From the human T2T-CHM13v2.0 reference genome, Homo sapiens: a DNA stretch of 64,000 nucleotides. Shown one piece after another: positions 13,745-27,355 of this stretch. Position numbers and translations under genes: made by a program. The notes beneath the pieces are model-generated. The model was not told where the DNA came from. It saw only the letters and a program-made list of their open reading frames with translations, and did no database searches. Positions within the stretch are counted from its first letter, which is position 1. Each line of letters begins with the position of its first letter. The stretch is taken from assembly GCF_009914755.1 (NCBI RefSeq), contig NC_060929.1; one strand, given 5' to 3'.

Positions 13745-13985
13745 ATGGTTAGTGCTAAAAGGCAGTTTTCTGTAAAGGTTAAGAAGATAGAATCAAATCC
13801 CAGCTCTGCCTCTGACTCACTGCAGTTCTCTTGCAGATTATTTAAGCTCTCTGTGCCTCAATTTCCTCATCTTTAAAACAGTGACCCAAGAATACGATCC
13901 TGAAAGGGTTGTTATGAGAATTTTAAACATCTCACTCAGCACAGGGCCTGACACACAATGAGGACTTACATTAGCTAATAACTCT
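13745..13985 (+). mobile_element. MIR SINE
   Basis: tcaaatcccagctctgcc...ctctctgtgcctcaatttcctcatctttaaaa...gggttgttatgagaatt. Confidence 0.85.
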
Positions 13986-15090
13986 TCCTATCATATATCA
14001 TGATAACCGCTGACCATCCAAAGCAAGCCAACACAGGCTCCATGTGGTCATTCTTCCAGCTCTCAGGTGCTGTGGTTCTCCATGGGGGAGGGAACGGGAG
14101 GTTCCGGTTAAGACACTATGTGAACCTGAATCTACGTGGGCTGGAGAAAGATACAAAATGCAGACCTCCGTTTCTTCTTCTGCAAAACGTAAGGACGACA
14201 CAGGAGAACCTCTCGTCTCAGCTGAGCACATCTACACATCTATACAGAGGGCCCAGCTCTAAGACCCATTTAGCCTCCTTCCTCATAGACGAAGCCAGGG
14301 ACTGGTAACTCATAATCCAAGAGCAGGAATGGTCACCAATTATCCAGAAAATCTCTGGATTATCTAAAATCAGCAAAGTGTTTTGTGAATGGGGAAAAAA
14401 TATAAGCCTGTCCACAATGAGACGGTAATTTAGTTAGGGAGAAAAATGAATAAGTTAATAAACAATGGTAGTGTCTTTGCAGTGACTAGTATATGGAATG
14501 AAATTGTCACTTTCTCTCACTTTACTTGTTCCTCCCCTACACAACTAGTCCTCTATCCCCCTTCACCCCTTCCTCTCTTCTAGCCTTCCCAGAAGGTAGC
14601 AACACCTAGGTCTAAAGTGCTTCAGAAAGGCTCCTGTGAAGCCAGCATTTCTGAGCCAGCCTTTGGAAGATCCAAACAAGCACGATTCGTGGTGGGAACA
14701 GATCATTGTGAAGTTGGGGGGTCAGTCCCTACACTGTCCCAGGGCCACAGGAAGGAGGAAATTGTGTGGAGGCCTGACCAGGAGGATCCCTGAGAGTATC
14801 ATGAGAGGTTTAGGGCTTACCCAGCAGGTACAGGGGACTGCAGAAGGTCCCAGGACAGGAAGTGAGATGACAGTGGTATGCACTGCAAATAAGTGGGGGC
14901 AGCGCACAGAGGTAACTGCAGGAGACAAAACTGAAACCAGGTAGGCAGTCACACTGGGGCGCAGAAGATGCTAAGAAGCATCTAAGCCTTTTCACGTCTT
15001 CGGGTTCCTGAGTGATGTAGCGGTGGTATATGCCCACAATTGTTTTACTTGAAAGATTTCTCTATCTGAAAGCTTGCTCATTAACTCTCA

Positions 15091-15411
<321 letters not shown>

Positions 15412-18400
15412 TACTCTTATTTTTAATAACAGAAGTAAAGCTCACAAGCTGTCAAAAATATTTCAATCTGTAATTTTTTTTAGTTTCTTCACTTCCCATT
15501 TAGATGTCTCACTTACCAAGGAGAGAGAGGATGGAGGACGCGTTTCCTCAATCATGAATCACACTGACTCCACAGCCACGTGGGCACTCCAGCCCAAGTC
15601 TCACACACCAACACTTCAAAAAAGAAAATAGAGAGATCCTGTCAACCCATTTTAAAAGAGGATGTGGTCATTGGTCATGAGTTCTATGAAGTTCCATTAA
15701 AGTCCTAAACAATCAGAGCAAGCTGCTTTGGCCACGTAGGATTAAAGCAGTGACGCAGGCCAGCTTGGAATCACAATCATGCTACCCTAGTTCAGGATCA
15801 TGTGCACTAATGGATTCTTTTTCTTCAGAAAAGGAGAAATAAAACATTTAAACGCTGTTAACAGATGAAATAACTCTCATAAAACATCCAGAAGAACCAT
15901 TATTTCAAAATTATCTTAACCAGTCTGAAATTATCTAAAGCAGTCTGAAAATTAAATTAAGATTCATTATATGAATTTATCCTTTTCATGACTCATTCCA
16001 TTTTTTTGGAACACATGGTACCTTATACAATTCAAGAACAGGAGACAAAGGCAGTGGCACAAACTCTGCTAGAAATTTGAGTTTGTATTTTTATTTACAT
16101 ACTGATTTATTAGGTGCACAATTATGAGGCTTTATAGGAAAAGGAATGATGCATCGTGAAAAACAAGCCACTTTACCAAAACCAAGTGAACCTGTCCAAT
16201 CTCGTCATTCAATTTCATATACAAAAATTCTGAAACCTTGATGTTGTCATTGGATGGAAAGATGACCACGAAACGCCAGCCTCCCTAGAAACATGTATGC
16301 CAGAGGCTGAAAATATAGGTGACTTTCCATCTATGATCCATATGAGAAATGTGTTCATCACCAGTGAAGGATGCCTGTGACTTCAAATACTGCATTTCAG
16401 GGCTCATGCTTTTTTCTGTTCTCTTCACTCATCTGGTTTTTCTCTACACTTCCCAGGTGGCAGCTTCTGGCTGCTATAAATGTGAAACACCCTGACATTC
16501 TTCCTCCCCACCCTGAAGAAGGGAAAATGGGAGAAAGAACTTCCCAGAACATTCCGGCTGTCCCTCTAGGCAGTGATTCCCACACGGTCAGCTTCAGTCA
16601 TGATCCGAGGCCATCTGCCTGCAGAAAATGAACTGAACGACAGCAGCTGGAAATTTATAAAATGTTATACCTGCTGAAGTGCCATTTTGGAAGCCCTAGG
16701 GTTCAGAGGCCAGGGAACAGGTCAAGGTGGCACTGCCTCTCTATGAGTCTCCCTTCCTCCAGGACGGGCCTTTGGTATGTTCATGGGAAGCAAGGGGGTG
16801 ACCCAGGGCAACACACTGGGACATGCCTGCCTGAGACGCCCCAGCAGCCCAGGCACCCTCATATCGTGCAGCACGGCCAATCCTCCAGTCCCAGCAGAGT
16901 CCTCAAAAGTCCGTGACATCATCCTTTGGACAGGAGAAGGTGCAGATGCAAATCCTTGAAGCCAAAAGAGGAGCCAGGGAAGCACACTCAGTCTCAGAAA
17001 TATTCCTCAGAGTGGCCAATTTCTTTTACACAACATCACTAATATCACCTTTGGGCGTGGCAACAAAATATGTTAGTTGAAACTCCTTTATTAAATGGCA
17101 TGTTTGAATACACAAGCATCCTCTCTCCAGTCCTAAAATCTATTTTACAACAATTATTACTAAAATGTCCTTGTAGTTGTTTAGATCTGAGTTGAAATGT
17201 AAGTAATAAAGTTTGACAGATCCTCTGGTTACCGCCATGAATAGCTGGCAATTTCTGTAAGTTCCCATGTCTCAGAACTACATTAAAAACAGGGCTAATA
17301 GGTCTCCTGCCTCCCCCAGTGAGGTCACAAATGAGCTGATGTGAACCCTCAGCTGGACAGCAAAACCACACCTGCAGAATATGGGTCAGTCTCTTAAATG
17401 AAAGAGACTGGGGCCAAAAAGATCATTGCAAGAATTCACAATCAGTAACACAACCAGAGAGCAAATACTGCAGGAAGAAGACATCCCTGCCGAATCCAGC
17501 ATGGACAGCCCACAGCCTGGACCGCCAGACAGTCCTGGTGCAACCAACAGACTCCAAAACCCAGCCCCTTCCTTGTGGAAAAGCAATACCCACAGGACAG
17601 AGCTCTCTTGGCTTGGGGGAAAACACAGCTTCCTACAGAGTTTGATGTCTAAACAGGAAATCAGTCTCAGCAGCAGGATTCAAGGGTGTCCACCCGAAAG
17701 GGTTGTTACTGTGCCTGTGTTTACATAAATAGTGAAAAAGATATTTTAACAGCCTGGGGGCTTGTCAGCCAAGTGAGCCATGTTGGGACTTTCTGCTCCT
17801 GAGGGTCAGCCCTTGCCTGGGGAAGACAGGGTGCTCACCAACACACCCATGTGTGCCTGGGAATGTGCACTCAGGAACAGAAATGATAGTGACAAAGCAG
17901 AGGCCTTGAGTTGGAGCCAAGCTAGAGGAACAGACAATGATTCTTGCAGGTCCAGAAGCAGAGCCCCCGTGTCCTCTCCCAGCAAGGTCATAAATTAGCC
18001 AATGCATTAATCATAAATCACTGACATATTTTCTAGAAAACTGAGAAGAAAGCTGAAAGGCAAAGAAACTACAAAGCCCCAGAGGCTCACTCCAGACTGG
18101 AAGTTGGAAAATTTTTAAGCGACAGTTAACTACCCATTTAATAAGAAACTGCTTATTTTTTATAAACATATAAATTTCTCTATTTGACTCAATTCCATAT
18201 TATCCTTATTCTTTTCTCTTTTAGCTTAGCTTTAACCTTGGTGCCAACAACCTCTGAAATCCTCTGAGTCATAATTTTCAGAGTTCTGCCTCTTAAAAAA
18301 TGCCACCATGAACATATATGTGCAGAACTATCTTGACGACACTTTTGATTTACAAACAGTAACTCTTTCCCAGAAGTTTTGCCCTGTGGCCACCTACACT

Positions 18401-18869
18401 CTTCAAATTGTCTCTAGATGGAACTACATGAAGAAGATTGAATACCAATTATAACTTACTAAGTGCTCATCAGCACATGACTTTCTGCTAAAATATGCAA
18501 CCTTCTCCCTGCCCAACTTACTCAGAATGAGGTAAGATGTAGACTTAAGCATTATTTTGGAGACCAAAGGTGAGCTGAGTGGTAGCCTTTATCCTGCAGA
18601 TACATGGCAGAAATTAACATGCCAGGCCAGTCTTATGAGCTGAATTTAGAAACCGTACAACAGTAAGATTACACTGGAAATAAAAATGGACAAGACCACC
18701 TGGCATCAGAAAGTTTAGTGGAGTGATGAAAAGAAACCGTAAAAGATACAGGTTCAAGAAACCTAAGAACTGCTGGGCCAGCATTTCCCAAAGGCAAGAC
18801 TTAGACCAGTGCCATGGCATTTAATTGACAGGCCTCTCATCATCAGTCCCTCCGTTAATCACCATGCAC

Positions 18870-19200
18870 AGCACAGCCCCATGGCCACACATGGTGGATG
18901 CTTAGAAGACAAAACAAGAACCTATTACACTCTCAGGAGCTGTCTATATGATTTTTCTGCTATGTAGTTCAGTATATACTATGAATTGGAGGAAAGAGAA
19001 GTTACTTATGGGCAGAAGAGTCAAGGAAAAGATTTCTGAAAATGGGAAATGTGATGTGGGCTCTAAGGGATGAGGAGGAGATAAGGAGGATATTAAAAGA
19101 CACAGTGAAGTATGTTTTAGTGGGTGCATTGCAGGTGAAACAAACAGTAGATGAGGGAGGAACAGCTGAAAGTCATCAGGTATAAGAGAAGAGCCATTTA
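18870..19200 (-). mobile_element. L2 fragment
   Basis: Degenerate purine-rich reverse L2 text (gtcaaggaaaagatttctga...gtgggctctaagggatgagga). Confidence 0.45.
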
Positions 19201-19839
19201 CGCCAGCACCATGGTGAGTTAAAGCATGAGTTCCTGGTACCATCCCTGGAGTTGGGTGGAAACCCCACCACGGAGCCCACCAAGATAAGAGTTTGCAGGA
19301 GTGCAAACTGAATGAGATAGGTGAAAAAAAGCAATTCCACAAAGGTAAAAATCTGGACTGCAATGCCATGAGAATCACAGACAGAAATCTGGCCTCATGC
19401 TCAAGTCCCTGGAGGAAGACAAGGAAGTAAACAGGAGGGTGGATTCCAGGTGGCAGGCCAAGGAGCAGGGAGGGTGGCATCAGGGGTGTGTGGAGGCAGC
19501 CAGCATCGGCTAGCAGCAGCATGTGCCACGATGACTACCTGCAAGATCACTCACATGCAAGAGCATGGAGAGCTCAAAAGAGGCACTCCAGACAGCTAAC
19601 AGATGGGAAAAGTAGATGACACACAGATTGTAGGGAATGTTAACATGAGAAAGAGACGAGACTTCATCCAAAGGAAGGCAGAGTCACTGAAGGTTCAGTG
19701 GGATGTCAGGATGAGCAAACTTTGGGAGGGTGAATATGGCAGCTCTGCAGAGGATGCACAAGACAAGAAGGGGAGAAGCTGGGGTAAAAAGCCGCCACCA
19801 GAGAACTCCAGGTATGAGGAGAATTGCAGTGAAGGATGA

Positions 19840-20340
19840 ACCTGGCCCTTGCCAAGCAAAGGACTTGCCTTTGCCAAGTTCCTGGGAAGTCACCTCTAAG
19901 ACCTTAGAATGTCCTGCCTGATGAGAGACTTTGTTTTGGGGGGGCTTTAGGCCACACAGATAGTCTAGGCTAACCATGTGGTTAATGGCTGAGGGCTTGG
20001 GCCTCTCTGGATTAGTCTGGCCATGTCTATGTGGTCAATTCTCAATAAAAACTCAGGACACCAAGGCTCAGGTGAAGTCGCCTGGTTGGCAACACCCTAT
20101 GCATGTTGTCATACATCCTTGTGGGGGAAGAAGCACTGTCCACGTGTCTCCACTGGAAAGAGACCATCAGAAGCTCGTGACTAGCCTCTCCTGGACTCCA
20201 GCTATGCACCTTTTCCACAGCTGGAGTGTAAAGGGTACTACTGTACCCTTTGACTGAGATCAACCATAATCACTAATACAACAGGTTTTACACATTCTTA
20301 GAGTTCTTCATGTAAATCATTGATCCTGAGGGTGCCCATG
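19840..20340 (+). mobile_element. MER21 (MER21C-like) solo LTR
   Basis: aataaaaactcaggacaccaaggctcaggtga...ctggttggcaacacc...ttgtcatacatc...ctccactggaaagagac matches MER21 as remembered. Confidence 0.75.
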
Positions 20341-21274
20341 AGCCACATGGCAAACACGGTCAGGGGGCCCCACATGACTAAGTGTGCAGCTTCAGCCCTA
20401 AACATCAACATTTAAAACCCAGGAGCAACAAATGGCCTATCGCATTGGAATTATTCACAAAGAAAATATATTCCACATTCCCAGAAATATATTAACTATC
20501 TAAAATAGATTTTAAAATATGCTAAATAAAAAGTCAAAACATCACAGTCCATTTTTGCAAAGAATCACTTATATAGAAACATCAGTCTAAAAACTCAGCA
20601 TGTACTTACTGAGGAATGAATGTTCTTGAATTTAGGGCAATAACCTAAATGACGAAAATCAGAATTTTCTCAGTAGGAATGAAAATACAAAATGAGTAAA
20701 GGACACTATTTTTGGAATTGCCTTCATCCAATGCCAACTGGTTTGATTGACAGGAACTATGTGGAGGACCCAGCACTCAGATGTGGGCTGTGGGATAATG
20801 AAACGCCATTCACTCTGGTTATACGCACTGCAACCCTTTCTGTCACTGTCCGTAGCCTGGGTGTCCAGGCTTCCATTAGGTCACTTCTGACAGCCTCTGT
20901 CACTTGTTCCACAGGTGGTCTCCACAGGAATGTGCTTGGATAAATCGACAGTGGACATTTAGGATAATAATGTCCCTTGAAAGAATGGCAATCTCTGTGG
21001 CTGGGGGTCCTTGGAAACCCCAGCCACTCAAGAAAACAAAGAGTGGGTGACAGGAACAGAGAACAAGGCTTTGAGGCAAAAGTTATAGGGAAGAAAGCAG
21101 AGAGAGGGGAGGGGGGAGGAAGAGCAAAAGAAAAGGAAGAGGGGGAAGAAAAACACCCTAGAAGCAGCTACAGGGATAACAGGATGTCCTGAAATGGTGC
21201 AGCCAACTGAAAAATATGATATAATCTATCATTATAAAATGGACTTTTATTGTTTCCTTCAACTTTTGTTAAAA

Positions 21275-21470
21275 TAAATTTTATGGAAAACTGAGGTTTA
21301 CAACATGATGTAATGGGTGACATATAGATAGTAAAATGGTTACTCTAGTGAAGCAAATTAACGTATTTATCATCTCACATAGTTACATTTTTTGAGGTAA
21401 GAGCAGCTAAAATCTACTTATTTCACAAAAGTTCTAAATACCATATATGGTTCTCACGCCTGCATTAGTA
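21275..21470 (-). mobile_element. L1MA-type 3' end fragment
   Basis: tacaacatgatg...aaatggttactctagtgaagcaaattaac...atctcacatagttac...agctaaaatctact. Confidence 0.75.
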
Positions 21471-21923
21471 TCTTTGAAGGATACAAATAACAGCAATGTC
21501 AGCTTCAGGTACGAGGGAGGAGGGCCAGTTCCTGGCCATTCCCTTCCACTGGCAGAACGTCTGCTGCCAGCTACCACCACATTCCTGGGCAAATATTCCA
21601 GCATTCAAGGAAACAATTTGAAAAGGAAAAGCAAAATGCACAAAAGCTTGAGGTGATGAAGAAATTATAGGATGAAGGCAGCAGCCAGCCCCAACCACTC
21701 TTACCATGGTCCAGGGAGCAGCCGCATACCCCACCCCTTCTCTCCTCTACAGGCCAGCACTGGCTGGGGTCAGAGGCTGATCCATGGAGCAAGTCCATTG
21801 AGACTCCCAAATATGAGATTGCTGGCCACTTTACATTCAAGACAGGGTCAGGACTCAAATGAAAAATGATGTAATTTTTAAAGATAGATCTCTGGATTTG
21901 TTCAATATCACCACTTAAATTTT

Positions 21924-22475
21924 TTTTTAGTTTATTTTTTTTAATTTTTTTTTTATTTCCAAAGGTTATTGGGGAGAAGGTGGTGTTTGGTTACATGAGT
22001 AAGTGTAACCAAACTTTTGTGGTGACTTGTAAGATCTTGGTGCACCCATTACCTGAGCAGTATACACTGCAACCTATTTGTAGTCTTTTATCCCTCACCC
22101 GCTTTCCACCCTTTCCCCTGAGTCCCCAAAGGCCATTGTGTAATTCTTATGCCTTTTCATCCTCATAACTTAGCTCCCACTTATGAATAAGAATATACAA
22201 TGTTTGGTTTTCCATTCCTGCATTACTCCACTTAGAATAATAGACTCTAATCTCATCCAGGTCGCTGTGAATGCCATTAATTCATTCCTTTTTATGGCTG
22301 AGTAGTATTCCATTGTATAGATATACCACAGTTTCTTTATTCACTTGTTCATTGGTGGGCATTTTGGTTGGTTCCACATTTTTGCAATTGCGAACTGTGA
22401 TCCTATAAACATGCATGTGCAAGTATCTTTTTCATATAATGACTTATATTCCTTTGGGTAGATACCCAGTAGTTG
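21924..22475 (-). mobile_element. L1PB-type 5'-truncated insertion
   Basis: T-tail, ggtggtgtttggttacatgagtaagt..., tatggctgagtagtattccat; TSD caccac(t/c)taaatttt at 21909-21923 and 22476-22490. Confidence 0.88.
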
Positions 22476-23149
22476 CACCACCTAAATTTTGAACGGTATT
22501 TGACATTGTGATGTCTAAATGCTGAGAGCGGAGTTAGAAAGAGATGGGATATAGTGGGCCCATCTCTTAAAGGTTTTTCTTTCTTAAGGATGTTCCTTTG
22601 CCTCTTGGTTTGCCCGCACCGGCCTGAATACAGAATCTGTGCAGGACCCCAGCCAAGCTGTGCACAGACAAACAGGTTCTGAATGAAGTGGTGTCTCTAG
22701 CAGGGACAGCACTGATGCAAACACCCATGGCTTACACATTAGAGACCTTACACAAAATGTGGGACAAAATAAATGCACAGAGAAAGAAAACACACACACA
22801 TATTTACAATCAGATCGTTATAGATATCCAATAATATTGCATTCCAATAAGCAAATAAATGGCCTTACTTTCCACATCAGCTTGAACCTCCAATCAGAGA
22901 ATTTTTCCTGCATCCCAGTTTAGCATGCTGGATGTTGTGCTGAATGACGTGCATAACACCACAATGACATGGGAGGTCTCTGCCCTCAAGGAATTCAGCC
23001 TTTGGAATCGCTTTTCCCCAAATCAGAAACAATCTCATTAGGAACCAGCTAATATTTGATCTAGAAATAATTCCACATATTTACCAAGAACATTTAATAA
23101 AGAATCCCTTCGGTAAATATCTCTCGTGCCATTAAAAAAAAAAAAAGTG

Positions 23150-23440
23150 GGCCGGGCACGGTGGCTCACGCCTGTAATCCCAGGACTTTGGGAGGCCGAG
23201 GTGGGCGGATCACGAGGTCAGGAGATTGAGACCATCCTGGCTAACACAGTGAAACCCTGTCTCTACTAAAAATACAAAAAATTAGCCGGGTGTGGTGGCG
23301 GGTGCCTGTAGTCCCAGCTACTCGGGAGGCTGAGGCAGGAGAATGGCGTCAACCCGGGAGACGGAGCTTGCAATGAGCCGAGATGGCACCACTGCACTCC
23401 AGTCTGAGTGACAGAGTGAGACTCTGTCTCAAAAAAAAAA
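23150..23440 (+). mobile_element. AluY
   Basis: accatcctggctaacac, gaatggcgt and ggagcttgca diagnostics; flanking repeat aaaaaaaaaagtg on both sides. Confidence 0.95.
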
Positions 23441-26400
23441 GTGTCAGATGTGAGATTCCCCTTCACTGAGTCTCTGGCTCCCACAGGGCCAAAGTAAGAA
23501 CACCTGGAGACCAGTCCCAGAGGTCAAGGCCTCATGGACAATAAGTCCCCATGTGATGACACATGACCTCACACCTGGGTCATTTAATCATGCAAATATC
23601 TGGCTCTATGACTGGCAGGGGCAAGTTCTACTTTCCTGTACAGAAGAGCAGGCACTTCTACAAGTTGTATCCAAAGAGTAAGATGGCATGAAAGAGAAAT
23701 ACTCTTCCCACTTGGAGCCTTCATGCCCAGATCCAGCCTGAGACCCCTCTCTCCATCAGACAGTAGTCACTGTGAATGGAATGATCTAGAAATATTAAAC
23801 ATAGCTCCGAGCTAAAGAAAAATAAACACAGTAACAGGGGATTTTGTTTCTCAAAGCATTGACTAATCCTAACAACAGTTTGGAAGGAAGAAATCCAATT
23901 GTTTTCCATTTTGTCTTCATGCAGATTATCCTTTGGTGAATATTTAAAGCTAGTAGAAATAGCTGGCACTCAGTATTGCCTCAGTAACGGAAATAAAGCT
24001 GGAGTAAACACTTCCTATTTCATTACTCTCACATGAGACAATGATGTGTTCTGAACTGCAAAGAGGCATGGGGCTGAGGGAAAGAAAGAGAGGGGGCAAA
24101 AATGACTTCTTTATTAAAGCAAACAGGTTGCCAAAAACTAAGCAAGTGCTCAAAATGAGCAATTTCTGTTATGCGCTCTCTAAGGACACCAGGGCCTCAG
24201 AATAGTGAATACTTTCTTATTTTGGCCACCATGTGCCAGATTTTCAAAAGGCCACCTCACTTTTCATGCAGGCAATTTTGAAGAGCTTGCACAACCAGTT
24301 AATTTGCAAGGACAGCCGGCCTCTGGGCTTCCACTCTGACAGCTAAATTGATCAATCCTTTGTAGAGGAAAATCTCAGTCCCTAGAAAAAAAGGGTGTCT
24401 GAGACCCTTTGAAAAATGTGGTCTCTCAATTCCTACTTATTCAGAACTACACAGCCAACAAGACTTATTCTGTAAGCAGTAGTTTGCCTACACAAAGGAG
24501 ACTCAAGATTTAACTCTAGATCTAAATTTAAGATTTAATTTTAATATTAAGATTTAACTCTTTAAAAAATTATTTGACTACTCTTGTTACTTAACTATCT
24601 CTGTTAAAACATAAAAAAAGGGCTGGGTTCTTATATCCGCCCTCTGGTCATTACATAGAAGAGCGAAATGCCGGCCACAGATTAAACCACATCTGACACC
24701 AAACCTTTCTCAGAGAAAAAGCTGAGCTGAGGCAGACAAGTCTGTTAAGAAATATGAAAACAGAGAGGGGCTCATTTATCCCATAAAAGTTGGCTAACTG
24801 TGAAATTCACAATGAATTATTAGTGAAATGGCAATTGGTTAAATTGTTCAGAAAAATATTTTCCTAAAAACAGAACAGGCAGTAGATTTTTAGAATTTTC
24901 TAGCTACACACTCAGAAAAGAGAAATGAAAGGATGTGCTCCTTCAACTCAGTAATGGAAAGAAGATTAGTATAAACCCGTGCAAGCCAATCCAATGTGCA
25001 TATTGGGCTCTCTGTGACTTCACTTATTTTAGATACCTAAGCCCTAGTGTCACTGTTTTACATGGTATACAATGATCTGGGCCAAGCCAATTGTGTTTTG
25101 CCTTGGAAGACAAACTCTGATGTTCTATTCTGGCTTAAACCTAGTGAATGCTCTGGAGTCATTTTAGAATGTTCGCTTCTTTGAACACATGAAAAAGAAG
25201 ACTTTTAAATCCTCCTGAATCAGTCCCAATGACCTGTCAGGTCTTTCATCGTCCAAGATGGGCACCAAGGCCTAAAGAAGAAAATAGCATCTCATTTTCG
25301 CATTACGGCATGCAGGCAACTTGCTCAGGAATGTGAATTCCACCTAAACGTTTGTTTCATGTTTTAGAGAGGACTTAACACTATATGAATCCCTGAGTGT
25401 GTCGCACAACCAAAAATCTAATTCTGTTCTATTTGTCATCCCCTCAATATAAATTAGTGATTAAAAATGAGAAATAAGCTACAACACAACAAACCAGATG
25501 GTGTCTTACCTTCCTATAAACACTGTTGTGTTTAGAGAGTTTACACATGTGGGGGAATGTAATGACTTATTTTTTTCACATTTGGCAATGAGTCATGTCA
25601 TCCATTTTAGCACAAACTGTCCTGAAACTTCCTCCCAAATGAAGACATGGAACAGTTTCACTAATATGTAAAAGCACCCATGCCAGCTGCCTTTGATTAG
25701 TCATGATGCCTCTCTGCCCACTCTACAGCCCTCATCTAGGAGACAACCTGATCCAGTCGGACACCCAAACAGAACCAAAAGGTCGGCATGTCCTGAAGTC
25801 AACCTGCTGGGGAAGCAGATGCACTTTTGGAGGGGCCAAGATGCTTCTTCCCTTTGCTTCCCAACACATACCCTTAAAAATTCAACCCAGGAACTTGATT
25901 TAACAGTGTCCTCCTCTTTACTTTTGACACTCTCCCCAACCTTTCTGAGCTATCCTATGGACCTAACATATAGAAGAGAAACCATGAATAATCTCAGGAA
26001 AGTTCTAAGTTCACCAATTATTAAAGGAGCCAGAGTCTATCCCAACTGCCAACATTCAATGGATGTCCACTCTGTGGAACTAAATGGGAAGGAAACAAGA
26101 CCAGCCTGAAATGCAAACCATGTTTGACAAAACTGTGTTTCATTATTTTACACTGACAGTGCTTAGGGCTATGCCTGACACATGGTAAACCCCTAGCAGG
26201 GAGTTAGCCCCGCCCCTTCTGCCTACCCCAACAGTGGAATTGGGTTTATGTTTCCCCTTCATCATCTGTCAAGACAACTCCTCCCCTCCCTTTGTGGAAT
26301 TAACAGTATTAAACTGACTGCTGGTGTTAGTCTGCTTTTTGGTTTTGGTTTGCTAAGCCATTGAGATAGTAACACCTCTCCTCGTGGTACCTGTGAAGTT

Positions 26401-26725
26401 TATTTATGAAACTAAATCCAGATCTCTGTAATTCTTGTTCTTTAGATTTTATCTTATTGGCTTGACTTCATCACTGAAGCCATTCATCCTAACATCCCTG
26501 CCTGCTGGCTCTCTGAAATCCAGGTGGCCCTGACATCCCCGTGTGATGTTGTTGCCTCTCCTCTGTGACCGTGACACGTGATGCTGGCTTTTCTGTTTCT
26601 CCCATCACCCTCCATTGTTTACTTCTCTGTCTCCTGGTCAAGGGCAGGCATCTGTCTTAGTCAGCTGACTTCACATTCCCAAGGCCAGGCCTAAGTAAAT
26701 GAGCATATTCAAGAACAACAGTTTG

Positions 26726-27355
26726 GTTGGTGGGAACGTAAATTAATTCAACCATTTGGAAGACAGGTGGCGATTCCTCAAAGACCTAGAGGCAGAAATA
26801 CCATTTGACCCAGAAATTTCATTACTGAGTATATACCCAAAGGAATATAAATCATTCTGTTATAAAGATACATGTACCCGTATGTTCACTGCAGTACTAC
26901 TCACAATAGCAAAGACATGGAATAAACATAAATGCCCATCAGTGATAGACTAGATAAAGAAAATGTGGTACATGCACATCATGGAATACTATGCAGCCAT
27001 TAAAAGGGACGAGATCATGTCCTCTGCAGGGACATGGATGAGGTTGGAAGCCATTATCCTCAGCGAACTAATGCAGAAACAGAAAACCAAACACCACATG
27101 TTCTCACTTACAAGTGGTAGCTGAACAATGAGAATGCATGGATATATGGGGGGGAACAACATACCTTGGGACCTGTTGGGAGCATGGGGGAGGGAGAGCA
27201 TCAGGAAGCATAGCTAATGGATGCTGGGCTTAATACCTAGGCGATGAGATGACCTGTGCAACAAACCACCATGACACATGTTTACCTCTTTAATAAACCT
27301 GCACATCCTGCACATGTACCCTGGAACTTAAAATAAAAGTTGAAGGAAAAAAAAA
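26726..27355 (+). mobile_element. L1PA (older, about PA13-type) 5'-truncated 3' end
   Basis: ORF2 C-terminus remnant (IPFDPEISLLSIYPKEYKSF), 3' UTR and poly-A; perfect TSD aagaacaacagtttg at 26711-26725 and 27356-27370. Confidence 0.93.

Noticed and set aside
17426-17728. 100-aa Pro/Ser-rich ORF (QEEDIPAESSMDSPQPGPPDSPG)
   Set aside because: Looks protein-like but has no ATG at the listed start, no convincing splice sites and no family I recognise
18944-19522. 192-aa minus-strand ORF
   Set aside because: Low-complexity Leu/Pro/Ser frame overlapping an L2 remnant
24635-24653. CTCF site (tgaccagagggcgg on the minus strand)
   Set aside because: Mismatches at the near-invariant 5' CC positions
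25505-25525. Minus-strand micro-exon ending at the strong donor AAG|GTAAGA
   Set aside because: Upstream AGs lack a polypyrimidine tract; isolated donors are common by chance
26756-26953. L1 ORF2-like peptide as a functional gene
   Set aside because: Fragment of a 5'-truncated dead L1
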